Shown in pieces: positions 19,992 through 34,305 of a stretch of 64,000 bases of DNA. The notes beneath the pieces were generated by a model, which saw only the letters and a program-made list of their open reading frames with translations, searched no databases and was not told where the DNA came from. Origin of the DNA: Emiliania huxleyi CCMP1516 (lineage: Eukaryota); the NCBI RefSeq assembly GCF_000372725.1, contig NW_005201092.1, positions 170,395 to 234,394 of the forward strand, read 5' to 3'. Each line of letters begins with the position of its first letter. Positions within the stretch are counted from its first letter, which is position 1. The translations under genes were made by a program, and so were the position numbers.

Positions 19992-21647
19992 ATGCTGCTG
20001 TTCAGCGCGGCGACTCTGGCGTCGGAAGTCTGCGACCATTCCGCGCTTGTATTTCGTGACCCGCACCTCAATTTCGCCTTTGGGGGCACCGCCGACTTTC
20101 GCGGCCGGCACAAGGCGGTCTACAACTTCTTGTCGGCGCCCGGCCTCTCCGTCAATGTCAAGATAGAGGAGGCCGTCTTCAAACTCCACGACGGAGCCCT
20201 CGCTGTCAACGGGTCCTTCCTCACCGAGGCCCACCTGATTGCACGCATATCGCCGCAAAGGCAAGCCACCGCCTCATTCTGGGCGTCGGAGCTCGACGAG
20301 TCCAACTTTGGCTGGAAGGTCGTCAATGGATCCTGCGTCGGCCGGCCCTACAAGTTCGGCAACCGCGGTCACAAGAAGTGCTTTGACCTCGACATGTCGA
20401 TGGACTACTCGAGCGCTACCTTCGCATTCCGCAACTGGACGGTGACGGTGCACGGCATGCGCTCGTGCAAGGGCTGCCTTATCGCGGGACCCGAGCACCG
20501 GCTCGACATAAGCTTCACCGCGCACGGCGATCCATCTCGCGACAGGCCTCACGGCATAATCGGTCAGTCTTACGCGACGCCAGGGCTCGTGCGACACGGC
20601 AAGAAGGACACCTACCCGTGGACAGGAAACTACACCACGAGCGCGCAGGGGGAGGGCGCCATCGAGGGAACGGCGTCGGATTATGAGATGCAGAGTGCCC
20701 ACGCTACGAAGTTTGCCTTTTCGCGCTTCGACGCCGCCGCGTCTGCGCTGGCTGCGGCGGGCGAGAGATCCACCGACGCGTCGTCGATCGACCGCATCTC
20801 CGACCCGAGCACCGAGGGGAACCGCCGCCGCCTCTCCGAGGCCGCCTGCCCACCGCCGCCAGCGGCCTCGCAGACAGCGGCAGCCCCGCCCTCGCCGTGC
20901 TCCCCCCCCGCCTATGATGTGTTGCTTCCAGGAGGCGTTGCCGCGGTCTCGGTCGATTTGGGCCTGGGGACGTGCACAAACGCGGGCATCATCGCGGCGT
21001 GTGCGGCGCAGGGACTCAAGCCTCTCTGCGACAACCCCTACCATCATACCAGCGGCGGTGGGCAGTGCCTGCACCCCGCCCAAGACACATACAGGGACCC
21101 AGTCGCCGGCGGCGTCTATTACTCCAGCCCCGACCTCTACTCTGGGCGATCGTACACACTTTGTTACCAGAGGATTCCAATGGGGTTCCCTCCCGGAGAC
21201 GGCTCCTTCCATGGCGTCTGCATGTATGCGCAAGGCAACGGGGCGACCAAGCCTCTGAAGCAGCACCACAGCACCCACTCCTTTGGCGACTCCGGCCACA
21301 ACGACAAGTCCTTCCATACGTACTGCCAGTCTGAAATGGGACCAGGTTCATATAACGAGGGGTGCTTCCTGGGAGAGCCGACACCCTGCGACGCCTATCC
21401 ATACCTGGGCAACAAGTTCTCGCGGCAAAGCCCACCGTACTCGGCGGAGACGGCGAACCCAGCTTACATTGGCACACGCCCAAACCCGACTGGGTACGAC
21501 ATGGCCGCCTGCAAGCCCGAGTCGGAGGGCGGGATGGGGTGCTGGAAGACGCTGTGCGTTGAGGAGGGATCTGACGGCGGCCCAGTTTCGCTGCCAGCGG
21601 ACGCGGGCACGCCCGGCAAGCCAGCTTCCGGCAGTGGCTGCGAATAG
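19992..21647 (+). CDS. Secreted protein with a VWD-like N-terminal domain, Pro linker and Cys-rich C-terminus
   Basis: Signal-like MLLFSAATLAS; DPHLNFAFGGTADFRG..YNFLS..PHGIIGQS motif set; RRRLSEAACPPPP linker; Cys-rich tail; intronless ORF ending TAG at 21647. Confidence 0.7.
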   Translation: MLLFSAATLASEVCDHSALVFRDPHLNFAFGGTADFRGRHKAVYNFLSAPGLSVNVKIEEAVFKLHDGALAVNGSFLTEAHLIARISPQRQATASFWASELDESNFGWKVVNGSCVGRPYKFGNRGHKKCFDLDMSMDYSSATFAFRNWTVTVHGMRSCKGCLIAGPEHRLDISFTAHGDPSRDRPHGIIGQSYATPGLVRHGKKDTYPWTGNYTTSAQGEGAIEGTASDYEMQSAHATKFAFSRFDAAASALAAAGERSTDASSIDRISDPSTEGNRRRLSEAACPPPPAASQTAAAPPSPCSPPAYDVLLPGGVAAVSVDLGLGTCTNAGIIAACAAQGLKPLCDNPYHHTSGGGQCLHPAQDTYRDPVAGGVYYSSPDLYSGRSYTLCYQRIPMGFPPGDGSFHGVCMYAQGNGATKPLKQHHSTHSFGDSGHNDKSFHTYCQSEMGPGSYNEGCFLGEPTPCDAYPYLGNKFSRQSPPYSAETANPAYIGTRPNPTGYDMAACKPESEGGMGCWKTLCVEEGSDGGPVSLPADAGTPGKPASGSGCE

Positions 21648-21971
21648 ATCGCCGCGCGCGTTGCGAGCGCTATCGTCAGGTAGCTTGCCACATATGGCTG
21701 GATGCGCAGTCAAGAGGCGCAGTCAAGAGGTATCATGCCATCATCGGGGCACGCTATCGGGGAGTGATCAGACATATCTCAGCACTGTCTCTCAGGGCGA
21801 TGCCCGCCGAGGATGGGGCGGGGGGCCGCGCGCGCGCGGGGGGGGGGGCGTCTTTGCAGTCTCGGGGGGCCTGAACTTCAAACATACTTTCTCAGCTGTG
21901 TGTCGCATTGGGGCCATGCTGTTTGCTGTATGGTGTATGCCGTCAGGTCCGCCCGAGTTTTGCAAAAGGAA

Positions 21972-25066
<3,095 letters not shown>

Positions 25067-25384
25067 CTGGGACGTCGCAGTGCTGCTCTCATGTGGCAGG
25101 CACTGAAGCTGCAACGCTCGGGTGGATATGGCGAGGTGAGACTGGACAATGTGCCGAGGCAAAGTGGCGGAGCAAACTGCCGAGCAACTGTTTTTTCTTT
25201 TTTCTGGGAGTTTTAAATTCTTTTTCTCACTCCCTTTGTTCTCTTCTCATAAAATCGGAGGGTCGGCCCACGGGGGGACTTTTTCGTGAATTGAAGCGAC
25301 CCAACGATTTTATGAGTGGCAGCAAAGGGAGTGCTTTTTTCTTCTTAGGAAGTTGTTTCTTTTGAGAGAGTTTATTTTAAGAAT

Positions 25385-25670
25385 TCTTTTGAGGTTAGCC
25401 CTCGATGTTAATATGAAACAAACGCAAGGCGGACATGGGCATATCGCTATGGGGCCCACAGACATCCCGCACACCCGCCGCACACCCGCCGCCCCCGCGC
25501 GCGCCCCACCCCGGCCGGGAGAAAGTTTTTTTTCTAGCAGGCGTGTGTGTGCGCGCGCGGCGCAGCCGGTGCCGCGGCGATGCCTCCGGCTGTTTGCGGC
25601 GGGCGGCTTGCTGCTCGCTGCGATGGCAAAAAACTCGTCTCGTCGCACACCAAGGGCTTATGCTCTGACA
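25385..25670. repeat. Dispersed repeat family; left part repeated at about 53043-53181, right part inverted at about 2365-2437
   Basis: GGGCCCACAGACATCCCGCACAC..CCCCACCCCGGCCGGGAGAAA is shared with about 53109-53181; TTGCGGCGGGCGGCTTGCTGCTCGCTGCGATGGC is the reverse complement of 2404-2437. Confidence 0.88.
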
Positions 25671-25848
25671 CTAAACGCTGGCTGAGACTCTGCTGCGCGC
25701 GCACACGCCTCCACCGAAGTGCAGCGTGCGTACTCTCCACCAAGAGAGAGGGAGGGAGAGGGAACGGCGCGCCAACTTTGATATGCACAGGTGACGAGGC
25801 GGCTGCACACGAGGAGCCGCAGACGAAGAGCCTCACACTCGCACGGCT

Positions 25849-25959
25849 ATGCCTCCCGAGACGGCCCCCGACGACGACGAGAGCGCGCTCCTCTCCCGGA
25901 TCGACGACCTGCGGATCGCGTCGATCCGGCCGCTGATGCCGGCCGCCTGCCTCATTGAG
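25849..25959 (+). pseudogene. Orphan first exon of a class I (AroF/AroG-type) DAHP synthase
   Basis: MPPETAPDDDESALLSRIDDLRIASIRPLMPAACLIE resembles the DDLRI..I..L.PP..L.E N-terminus and ends at a GT donor (GAG|gtgag). No further DAHP synthase exons were recognised; a repeat follows at 26143. Confidence 0.6.
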
Positions 25960-26665
25960 GTGAGCTGGCGGACGCCTCGGTCGTCGAGACCATCCGCGGC
26001 GCGCGCGGCGCCCTCTCGGCTATCACACGCGGCACCGACCAGCGACTCGCTGTGGTGCCGCCGCCCTCCTCCTTTGCTTTAGACCTCGCCACACCTCACC
26101 ACACACGCATCCGCCCACACGCGCACATCACACAGCCGGCACCCGCCCTCACTGGCCCTCAGTCACTTGTGCTGCGGCTTGTGTGAGCGACACTGCTCGG
26201 CGACTGCCGGCACACTGTGAGACCATGGGTGTAAACCACGCTACCAGCGCTTGGTCACATCGGCCCCGAGGTCAGATCCTTCTACCCTGTTGATGACAAT
26301 ACTTGTCCACCGGCTGGAGCCGAGCAGGAGGGCCCGGCGCACACCCCCTGGTCAACTCACCCTCCACACCCCGTACCTTTTCGGGCAAACCATCAAGCTG
26401 CTTACAAGCTGCATGTCGATTTCGACTTGACGGCAGCATGAAGGCATCACGATTCACGTCTCCATGCTGCCGTCAAGTTGGAGCCAGTCTGCGGCGACCA
26501 CAGCGCTGAGTCCTGAGAAAGGTACATAGCGAGAGCTTTTCAGAGTCAAGCGATTGCGCGAAATCCCACACACCACACTGGTGGATTTTGGTACGCACCG
26601 CACCCCCTCTACTACCAGAAAACAGCCCCCCTCCCCCCCCCCCCCCGACACAACGCAACGCGGCC

Positions 26666-27772
26666 TCACGCGGGGTAATCGTGGCTGCGGTCGCGGGGAG
26701 GGCGAGTGGCCCCTTCGCTTCTGCGAGAGACAGGAGCTCGGGTGACGTTCGCCGGCAGCGGCGCGAGAGACACAAAGTTTGCACACGTGACGTTCGCCGG
26801 CTGCAGGATACTGCGCATGGCACGGTCCGGGAAAGGATTGGAGGCCTTCGAGTGTAGCCCAAACATAGGTGGTAGGCCCTGTCTCTTGCGGATCTTGGGC
26901 GGCACGAAGACGTCGTCCAGCGTCCACTCGCGTTGGTACCTACTCGCCATCAACTTGCGCGCGACGGGGGAAGAGCAGTCTACCACAGGTGACATACAGC
27001 CGTGATTATTGAAGCCGTCCGCTGGCGCAACCAGCTTGAGACCGGCTCGGCCTCGAGATCCTCCTCTCCCAGGCACAGGCCCGAAGGCCTTGGTGAAGAC
27101 AGATTGGTAGCACGGAAACGCCACGTTCGCGGGGCGCCTCGGGCACGACGAATTCCCTCCAGGGCCGAGCGCGTAGCCACGCGCGATCACCTCCATCAGC
27201 GAGCCATTATCGGTGCATGACCAGGTGTAAGCCATCGTCAGCTTGATCCATAGGGGCAGCAGGAACTCGAGCATACGTGGCGTGCGACGCACGAAGATCG
27301 CGCCGTTGTTCATGATCTGGTGGTGGTCGGTCATCACCAGCTCACTCGCGTCGTCGAGCCACTCGGAAAGCGGGCGCTCGTGGTTGACCAGATACACGTC
27401 GGCGTCGAAATAGATCACCCACCTGCAGCTCTCGTCTCGTAGGCGAGCAAGGATGGCCGCGGGTTTTGCAGTTTGAGCCGCTGGCTTTGAATCGTCCAAC
27501 CACTGCGCGAAGATGCGGTAGCCGTGCCGGCCAGCATAGCAGCGCTGCGAAGCGACCTGCGAGGCATATTTCTTCGCCACAGCAGGTCCAATCATTGTCA
27601 GCATGCAGATCGATGCCGGAGCGACCCCTGTGTCGTCGGAGCTTGGAGCCCTGGTGCTGTCTGCCGACTCGCTGGAGCTCCAGCGGGTGCGACTCCGTCC
27701 AAGTGTGCCGGATGCAGCCGAAGCGCGCACAACACAAAGCAGCGCGAGGGTGCGCCATGAGAGTCGAGCCAT
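26666..27772 (-). CDS. Type II membrane glycosyltransferase, GT34 / nucleotide-diphospho-sugar transferase-like
   Basis: N-terminal anchor MARLSWRTLALLCVV; SQRCYAGRHGY; K..AIL; WVIYFDAD (DxD motif); NNGAIFVRRT. Confidence 0.72.
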   Translation of the reverse strand: MARLSWRTLALLCVVRASAASGTLGRSRTRWSSSESADSTRAPSSDDTGVAPASICMLTMIGPAVAKKYASQVASQRCYAGRHGYRIFAQWLDDSKPAAQTAKPAAILARLRDESCRWVIYFDADVYLVNHERPLSEWLDDASELVMTDHHQIMNNGAIFVRRTPRMLEFLLPLWIKLTMAYTWSCTDNGSLMEVIARGYALGPGGNSSCPRRPANVAFPCYQSVFTKAFGPVPGRGGSRGRAGLKLVAPADGFNNHGCMSPVVDCSSPVARKLMASRYQREWTLDDVFVPPKIRKRQGLPPMFGLHSKASNPFPDRAMRSILQPANVTCANFVSLAPLPANVTRAPVSRRSEGATRPPRDRSHDYPA

Positions 27773-28054
27773 ACGGCGGCAGCGCAAGGGTACGAGCGCA
27801 GGGAGAGAGGGATGCTGAGGGATGCTCGTCGATGGCGTGCAAATCTCGCGTGTTCGATCAAAATCGGCGGGCTTTCGACGCTGTTCACGCGATCGGCTGT
27901 GGTTACGCCCCGCGATAGGACAACAACGTCTGTCCCACACACGCACAGACGCGCACATACATCATGCTCGGGCACCCCCCCAGCACAGTGTAGTCGTGGT
28001 GTGAGCACACAAGCAAGTACTAGCAGAGTGCACACCTGCCTTGGCGGGTGAGGG

Positions 28055-28180
28055 TCGTAAGCCTCAACGACGCCCTCGCGAGTGGCAGGTGCTGCAATCA
28101 TGTTGCTGAGCGCTCCCGCGGCATGCTCCTTCTGCCTCTCAGTCCCATCGCGAGCCAGATATACCAGGGACATCTCACAT
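28055..28180 (-). pseudogene. Isolated armadillo (ARM) repeat fragment
   Basis: SLVYLARDGTERQKEHAAGALSNMIAAPATREGVVEA resembles an ARM-repeat consensus (LV.LL..G....K..AA.AL.NL); only one repeat is visible. Confidence 0.5.
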
Positions 28181-28181
28181 T

Positions 28182-29357
28182 TCACGCCTGCGGCTTGAAT
28201 AGGTACCATGATGGGCAGCATCCCGGGTGGACCATGCGGTGTGTGACGTGATAGGTGAGCCCTTGATCGCGTACGAATTGCTCGAGTGCCGCCTTCACCC
28301 CGCCCGTTCTGCTCGCCCGCCAAGTGTCTGGACCACCGTTTGTCAGCCACGGCCACTCAAAGTCATGACCGGCGATCAGGCCTCCCGGGCGAAGCTTTGG
28401 CCAGTACATGCGCAGGTCTTCTTGCACACCACGGAAGTAATGGTCGCCATCGATGTATACAAAGGCGAGCGACGAGTCCGTTATGTGCGCTGCCGCGTCT
28501 GCCGATAGCATTCGCAGCTGACGCACCTTGCCGCTGTAGCGCGCGTGGCGAAAGTGTGTCCTCACCGAGCAGAGCTGCGATCCAAGGTGACTCTGGTCCG
28601 TCATGGTGACCAATTTGGCGTTCTTTCCAAAGCGCTGTGCAGCAGTGACCTTGTCGAACCATGGATCCACCTGGGTGTATTGCGTGCAGCCACGCCAGCC
28701 AGCGAGCACCATAGAGGAAAACTCTCCGTCTGCCACGCCGACCTCGACTGCGGCGCCGCGGACGTCCACCGCAGCGAGGAGCCACGCAAAGTCGTTGCGG
28801 GAGGACAAGGTTACGCGACCTGCTATGACATCTGATAGCAGTTGTGCACGGTCCTCCGGAAGGCTGCACGGAGGCCACGCCGTCATTGCTAGGCGACTGC
28901 TCTTGTATGTCTTGGAGGACTCATTTGAGTGCGTGCGACAGCGCGCATGGCGTGCACAGTACCAGCCACGTTCAGCATCAATCCGATGGTCGAGGCACGG
29001 CCGGTCAATAGGTCCCGGTGGGTAGGGTGAGGGGCATGATGCCGGCCAGTTCCAAGGCTGTGGCCGCTCGCGAACCAACCATCTTTGCCACGCATGATCT
29101 GCAGGCAATTTTGGCGACGGAGCGCACGAGCCGCCGTCGGTGAGCGAGCACGGGCTGCTGACGTTGACGATCTGGAGCGGCGCCGCTGGGTTGCCGCATA
29201 CGCCCTTCAAGAAGAAGAGGGTCACAAAGCCGACTCGGAGAGCGCACGCGCTGGAGAGCAAGGGTACGGAGATCGCTGCGTGGCTGCGGCCCTCCACGTT
29301 CTTGACCTGCCCACGCAGCAGCGGCTCAAGGCATGCTGCGAGGAGCAGCGCCAGCAC
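28182..29357 (-). CDS. Class I SAM-dependent methyltransferase (Methyltransf_24-like)
   Basis: AVEVGVADGEFS (motif I), VDPW, FVYIDGDHYF, LRPGGLIAGHDF, PSWY. The 5' end is uncertain and may be spliced from about 29826. Confidence 0.8.
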   Translation of the reverse strand: MLALLLAACLEPLLRGQVKNVEGRSHAAISVPLLSSACALRVGFVTLFFLKGVCGNPAAPLQIVNVSSPCSLTDGGSCAPSPKLPADHAWQRWLVRERPQPWNWPASCPSPYPPGPIDRPCLDHRIDAERGWYCARHARCRTHSNESSKTYKSSRLAMTAWPPCSLPEDRAQLLSDVIAGRVTLSSRNDFAWLLAAVDVRGAAVEVGVADGEFSSMVLAGWRGCTQYTQVDPWFDKVTAAQRFGKNAKLVTMTDQSHLGSQLCSVRTHFRHARYSGKVRQLRMLSADAAAHITDSSLAFVYIDGDHYFRGVQEDLRMYWPKLRPGGLIAGHDFEWPWLTNGGPDTWRASRTGGVKAALEQFVRDQGLTYHVTHRMVHPGCCPSWYLFKPQA

Positions 29358-30893
29358 GGCCGCCCAAGGGTGGAGAAAGAGCAGGGACCGTCGATCTGTG
29401 AGAGGGCCGTGGCGTTCGTGAAGCTCTCCTCGAGTGAGGGGTCGCCGATCTTGGTCGCGATGTGGAAACGGGGCCGACGGTGTGGGAGCGGGGAGCGGGG
29501 CGAAGGGGGGGCGAGAGTGGGTGGAGGGCGGCGCAGGGACGGGCGGCGGAGCAGGGACAGGCGGGAAGGGAGGTGGGTAGGGCGGCTAGCAAGGGATGCT
29601 GTAGAGAGCAGAGAGTCGCACACCTTTGTGGCCGTCTCGTCGGCCTCGATCTTGGAGAGAGAGAGCCGCGGCGGTCGTGCAGCCCGTCGTGTTGCTCGTG
29701 GAGCCCGAGCCCTTGATCGGATCCAGCTCGGCATCGGCCGCGGCGCCGATGGGCTTGAAGGTAGCTGGGGCGGCCGCGCGAGAGGCGGCGTGCGAGGGCG
29801 TCGCGAGGACGGCGAGGACGAGCATGACGGCGTGCAGCACTGTTTTTATATTATGGAGACCGCCTTCGTTGTTAATAAAAATACAGACGGACACTTGCTG
29901 TGTGTGTGTACTCTCACACACACGGACACTTGCTGTAGCCACATGACACGCACACACGCACACCGCACCGCACCCCGCACCCGCGCCCCCCCCCCCCTGC
30001 CTCGCCTGAGTTGGAAGGAGATGGGAAGATGGAACAGCCCGAGGGAGAAGCGGAACGAAAATATATTATACCAAAAGGAGGGCTACACGACGCCCTCTAC
30101 GCTGGATTCGAGGTTTGAGGGGGGTAAGGTATGGTCGTCACGGATCCGGCGCTGCGACCATACCCCCCCACCCGCGTGGGACGTCGCCTCCGGCCAACAG
30201 GACCATACCCCCCCTCCCACCCCCCCGGATCGAGCTGACCGCGGGATCGAGCAGACTTTAATGGTCAGGAATGGGACTTCCCAGGCTCATAGTAGGTCAC
30301 CGCTGTCATAGATGGGCCAGGCAGTGCCAGGATGCGTCCCGCTGGCCCACAAACGAATTCTGACGTGTTTACGGTCTGTGCTTGTCCTTGTGCCACGTGC
30401 GTTTCGTGCGTCTTGGGCCCGGGATTGTGTTTTTGCGTGAATCGACAATCGTGCCGGTGCTTGGGTCCGGGGTTGTGAGACTTGTGTTTTTGTGTGTCTT
30501 TATTACGTGAAAACCCGCTGTGGGACCCGGACGCCACACGGCTAGATTTCATGGCGGGCCGCCTAAGCCCTGGGGTCAGAGTCAGAATCGGTTGGGTGGC
30601 CGCGGAGGGCGCGGGCTTCGCTTTCGGGGGCGGTCAGGGAGGGGTCGGGTCGCTGCAGGGCGGGAGCGCGAGGCGGTGCGGGCCTCAGGCCTGGGCCACC
30701 CGAGAGGCTTCAGCATCTGGGTGCGGCGGCGGCGGGAGGCCCAGGGCGGGCCGGGCCGGTTCAAATTCTTTTGTAAAATTCTTTTGCGAGAGGGAGTTGT
30801 GTTTCTTAAATTCTTTGCGAAGCTGCTGGCGCTTCGCCTTCGGTGCTCGGACGCGCTCACCATTGTGGTCGTTCAGGGCGGCCCTCCTACCGC

Positions 30894-30918
30894 GCGCGCG
30901 CGCGCGCGCGCGCGCGCG

Positions 30919-30982
<64 letters not shown>
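30894..30982. repeat. (CG)n(CA)n compound microsatellite
   Basis: Alternating purine-pyrimidine run seen directly. Confidence 0.95.
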
Positions 30983-30984
<2 letters not shown>

Positions 30985-32339
30985 ACAGGCCCCTGTTACT
31001 GCTCACCTCTCTCTCCCTCTCTCTCACACACGACTCCCTGCCGGCTCAGATGGTGAATTCTGAACTTTCACAGTGCAGGCGACGCGCAGGCAGGGCTCAC
31101 CCCTTCATTTGGCCCCAATGCATCGCGCGGTAGGCGAGGCACGACGTGGACGAGCACCTGTGGCTTCACAGACCGTGTCATCACATGGTAATAGGCCAGT
31201 GAGGAGGCGCACGTTCTCACGAGCGAGCCATCGCGGCGGCGGCGGGGGGGGGGGGGGGGTCCACCACGGGACCCCCAGGNNNNNNNNNNNNNNNNNNNNN
31301 NNNNNNNNNNNNNNNNNNNNNNNNNNNNNNNNNNNNNNNNNNNNNNNNNNNNNNNNNNNNNNNNNNNNNNNNNNNNNNNNNNNNNNNNNNNNNNNNNNNN
31401 NNNNNNNNNNNNNNNNNNNNNNNNNNNNNNNNNNNNNNNNNNNNNNNNNNNNNNNNNNNNNNNNNNNNNNNNNNNNNNNNNNNNNNNNNNNNNNNNNNNN
31501 NNNNNNNNNNNNNNNNNNNNNNNNNNNNNNNNNNNNNNNNNNNNNNNNNNNNNNCGGGCGCTCGGGTGCATACGAATAGGGACGGGCGAGGGAGGAGGGG
31601 CGCTGACCACGGGCGACTACGCGTCGAAGGTTCGACGACGACTACTCGCCGCCTGGGTCGTTTGGGGCGCGCGGCTCCGTCGAGGACCGGGCGCGCCCCC
31701 TACCCGGCGCGGCGTAGGTCCCACTCTGGCGAGAAGAGGGGAGGCACGGTCGACAGCCCGATCCATCAACTACACTCATCTTCTGGTGCTTGGCCCCGTG
31801 CAACAGCGGTCCGGCAGGCTGCCCCCAAGGCCCCCCGGGCCGCTGCGGGTTTGGGAGTTATGCTTAGGCACAGCTTCGGCGATGGCAGCCCCTCTCTGGG
31901 GTGTTGCATAGGCGGGGAGTCTCCCCCGCTGGTCTCCTCCTTCCCATTGTTTTCTTTTCTTTTGAGAGCAGGACGCCGGGTTTGTCTTGTATGTGCATGT
32001 CGGGCCTGGGTGTGTGCGAGGGGCAGAGGGGCGGGGGCGTGCAGGGCAGAGGCCCAACGTCGGGCGGCTTGTCGGGGTCCGGAGAATTCGAGGGGGGAAC
32101 GAGGAGGGGGGAATGGGCGGTCGGCGTCGAGTAGAGCGACAGGTGCGTACGGGGTAGCCGTCACTTTCCCGCCTCGAAAGGGCGGGGCTGTCCCGGAAAG
32201 TGAGAAACGCCGGGCAGCGTGACGCATTACTGAACCCTCCCATACGTGCTCGTGCTCCTCCTTTGCTGTCCCATCTCCCCATCTCTTTCCCGCCTGGGCG
32301 GGGCGGTGGGCGGGCGCGCGGTGCGGCGTGGCGTGTGCG

Positions 32340-32665
32340 TGTGCGCGACTGCGACGAAGGACCGCTCGCAGAGGACCATTGGGTTTGTACTATTAACAAC
32401 GAAGGCGCTCTCAAAAATATATTACACCAAAAGGAGGGCTACACGACGCCCTCTACGCTGGATTCGAGGTTTGAGGGGGGTAAGGTATGGTCGTCACGGA
32501 TCCGGCGCTGCGACCATACCTTACCCCCCTCAAACCTCGAATCCAGCGTAGAGGGCGTCGTGTAGCCCTCCTTTTGGTGTAATATATTTTTGAGAGCGCC
32601 TTCGTTGTTCATAGTACAAACCCAATGGTCCTCTGCGAGCGGTCCTTCGTCGCAGTTCGCGCACA
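32340..32665. repeat. Long palindrome (about 154-bp arms, 17-nt loop) within a dispersed repeat also at about 30060-30165 and 18842-18866
   Basis: 32340-32493 is the reverse complement of 32511-32665 with about two differences; core motif GGCTACACGACGCCCTCTACGCTGG. Confidence 0.9.
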
Positions 32666-32769
32666 GGCNNNNNNNNNNNNNNNNNNNNNNNNNNNNNNNN
32701 NNNNNNNNNNNNNNNNNNNNNNNNNNNNNNNNNNNNNNNNNNNNNNNNNNNNNNNNNNNNNNNNNNNNG

Positions 32770-34305
32770 GGGGGGGGGGGGTCCGCGGAGGGAAGTCGGC
32801 GCCGGCCGCACCAAAGACGCTTGTACACTCGAGCCCCTCCAATCAGGCGAGATCTCGCTATGATCTCGCTATGATCTCGGCTAGTCTCTCGGCTAGTCTC
32901 TCGGCTAGCTCTCGACTGCATCTCGGGCTGCATCTCGGCTGATCTCGGCTCCATCTCGCGCCCTTGAAGACGAGACCGCTCTTGATGGAAGGCCGGAGGC
33001 GGCAGGACCGGCCTGCGGGCGTGGGAATAAATAACGAAATCAAACTGCGGTCAACCATGATTAATTAATAGGACCGGCCTGGCGTGTGCATGGCGTGTGT
33101 GCTTGCGTGCCCTGAGCAGAAGCTGGGTGAGGTGGTGCAAGGACGAGAGGCAACCTCCATGCAGCGGCAGGGCTCATGATGGCTGATGGTGAGAGCGCGT
33201 GATGTGAGTGCGATGCAGTGCAGGGTGTGCTCACCGCCCACGGGCAGAACGTGGCTGATCCTCGCGTGATGCAGCTCGCAGCGCGTGTGGTGGTTGATGT
33301 ACCTGTTCACAGCCAGAGGTGTGAACAGACGCCGTTCACAGGATCAGCCGCAGCGCGTGGAGTGGTCGATGTACGAAAACTCAATGGCGACGCACCTGCA
33401 GAGGCGGCAGGTCTCGTTCAATCTCGTCCAATCTCGTTCCATCTCGTCCAATCTCGTTCCATCTCGTTACAAGCTCGCCCAATCTCGTCCAGTCTCGGCC
33501 ACAGTCTCGGTCAGTCTCGCCGGAAGTACAGTACAGCGCATGCAGGCAAGCGCATGCAGGCAAGCGCTCTAAGCTAGGGGAGTGAGTGGACAGGGCATAT
33601 ACAGCGGGAGTCAGGGCAGCGTGCTGCACATTGGATCGGCCTCGCACTTTTGCTGGCACTGCCACTCGGAGACGCGCCAGATCTGCGACGGGCGCGGGCG
33701 CAGGAGCGTGTCGAGAGGAGGAAGAGCCGGTTAGGAGAGAGGCGCGCCGCCTGCTTCTGGTGTGGCGCCACGCGGGCGTGTGCGGGCGAGCGTTGCTTTC
33801 TTGTGACGCGCATGCACACATCGATGCGCACCTCGCTGTAGGACCCCGTGTTGGCGCCCGGAGTAAGGCAGGAGCCGAAACGGCCGCTCGCGAGCGGCCA
33901 GAGGCAGCCGCGCGTGCTGGTCCAGCCGTTCGTGATCTCGCGCAGCTGCAGTTCATCGCACAGTTGGAGAACGGGGGGCGGGCTCGGGGCGCTGGCGGGC
34001 GGTGGTTGGGAGACGCCGCTGGCTGGGCGGTTGAGCCACGCCGGGAGAGGCATTTGGGAGACGCCGCTGGCTGGGCGGTTGAGCCACGCCGGGAGGGCGC
34101 GCATCCAGGCCTTCGAGGCTGCGCGCCCAGCCTTGGTTGGGTTCCACATCGGTGGGCTCGCGGGCGGCGCCGGCGCCGATGGCGGAAGCGGCGGCTGCAC
34201 CGGCAACCACCACGGTGGCGGGCGGGGCGGCGGTGGAGGTGCTCGGTTATGGAGCAATAACTGGGCGAGCGAGATCGTGCCAGTGAGGGCGAGAGCGAGC
34301 GACAT
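32770..34305 (-). CDS. Secreted or type II membrane protein with a Pro-rich stem, unknown function (spliced, runs into gap)
   Basis: MSLALALTGTISLAQLLL, Pro-rich stem, duplicated PAWLNRPASGVSQ, Cys-containing domain; later exon-like pieces (YINHHTRCELHH, RPSIKSGLVFKG) are separated by repeat-filled introns. Confidence 0.45.

Noticed and set aside
30082..30105. CTACACGACGC resembling an Illumina adapter
   Set aside because: It diverges after 11 nt (CCTCTACG rather than TCTTCCGATCT) and belongs to a genomic repeat present at several sites.
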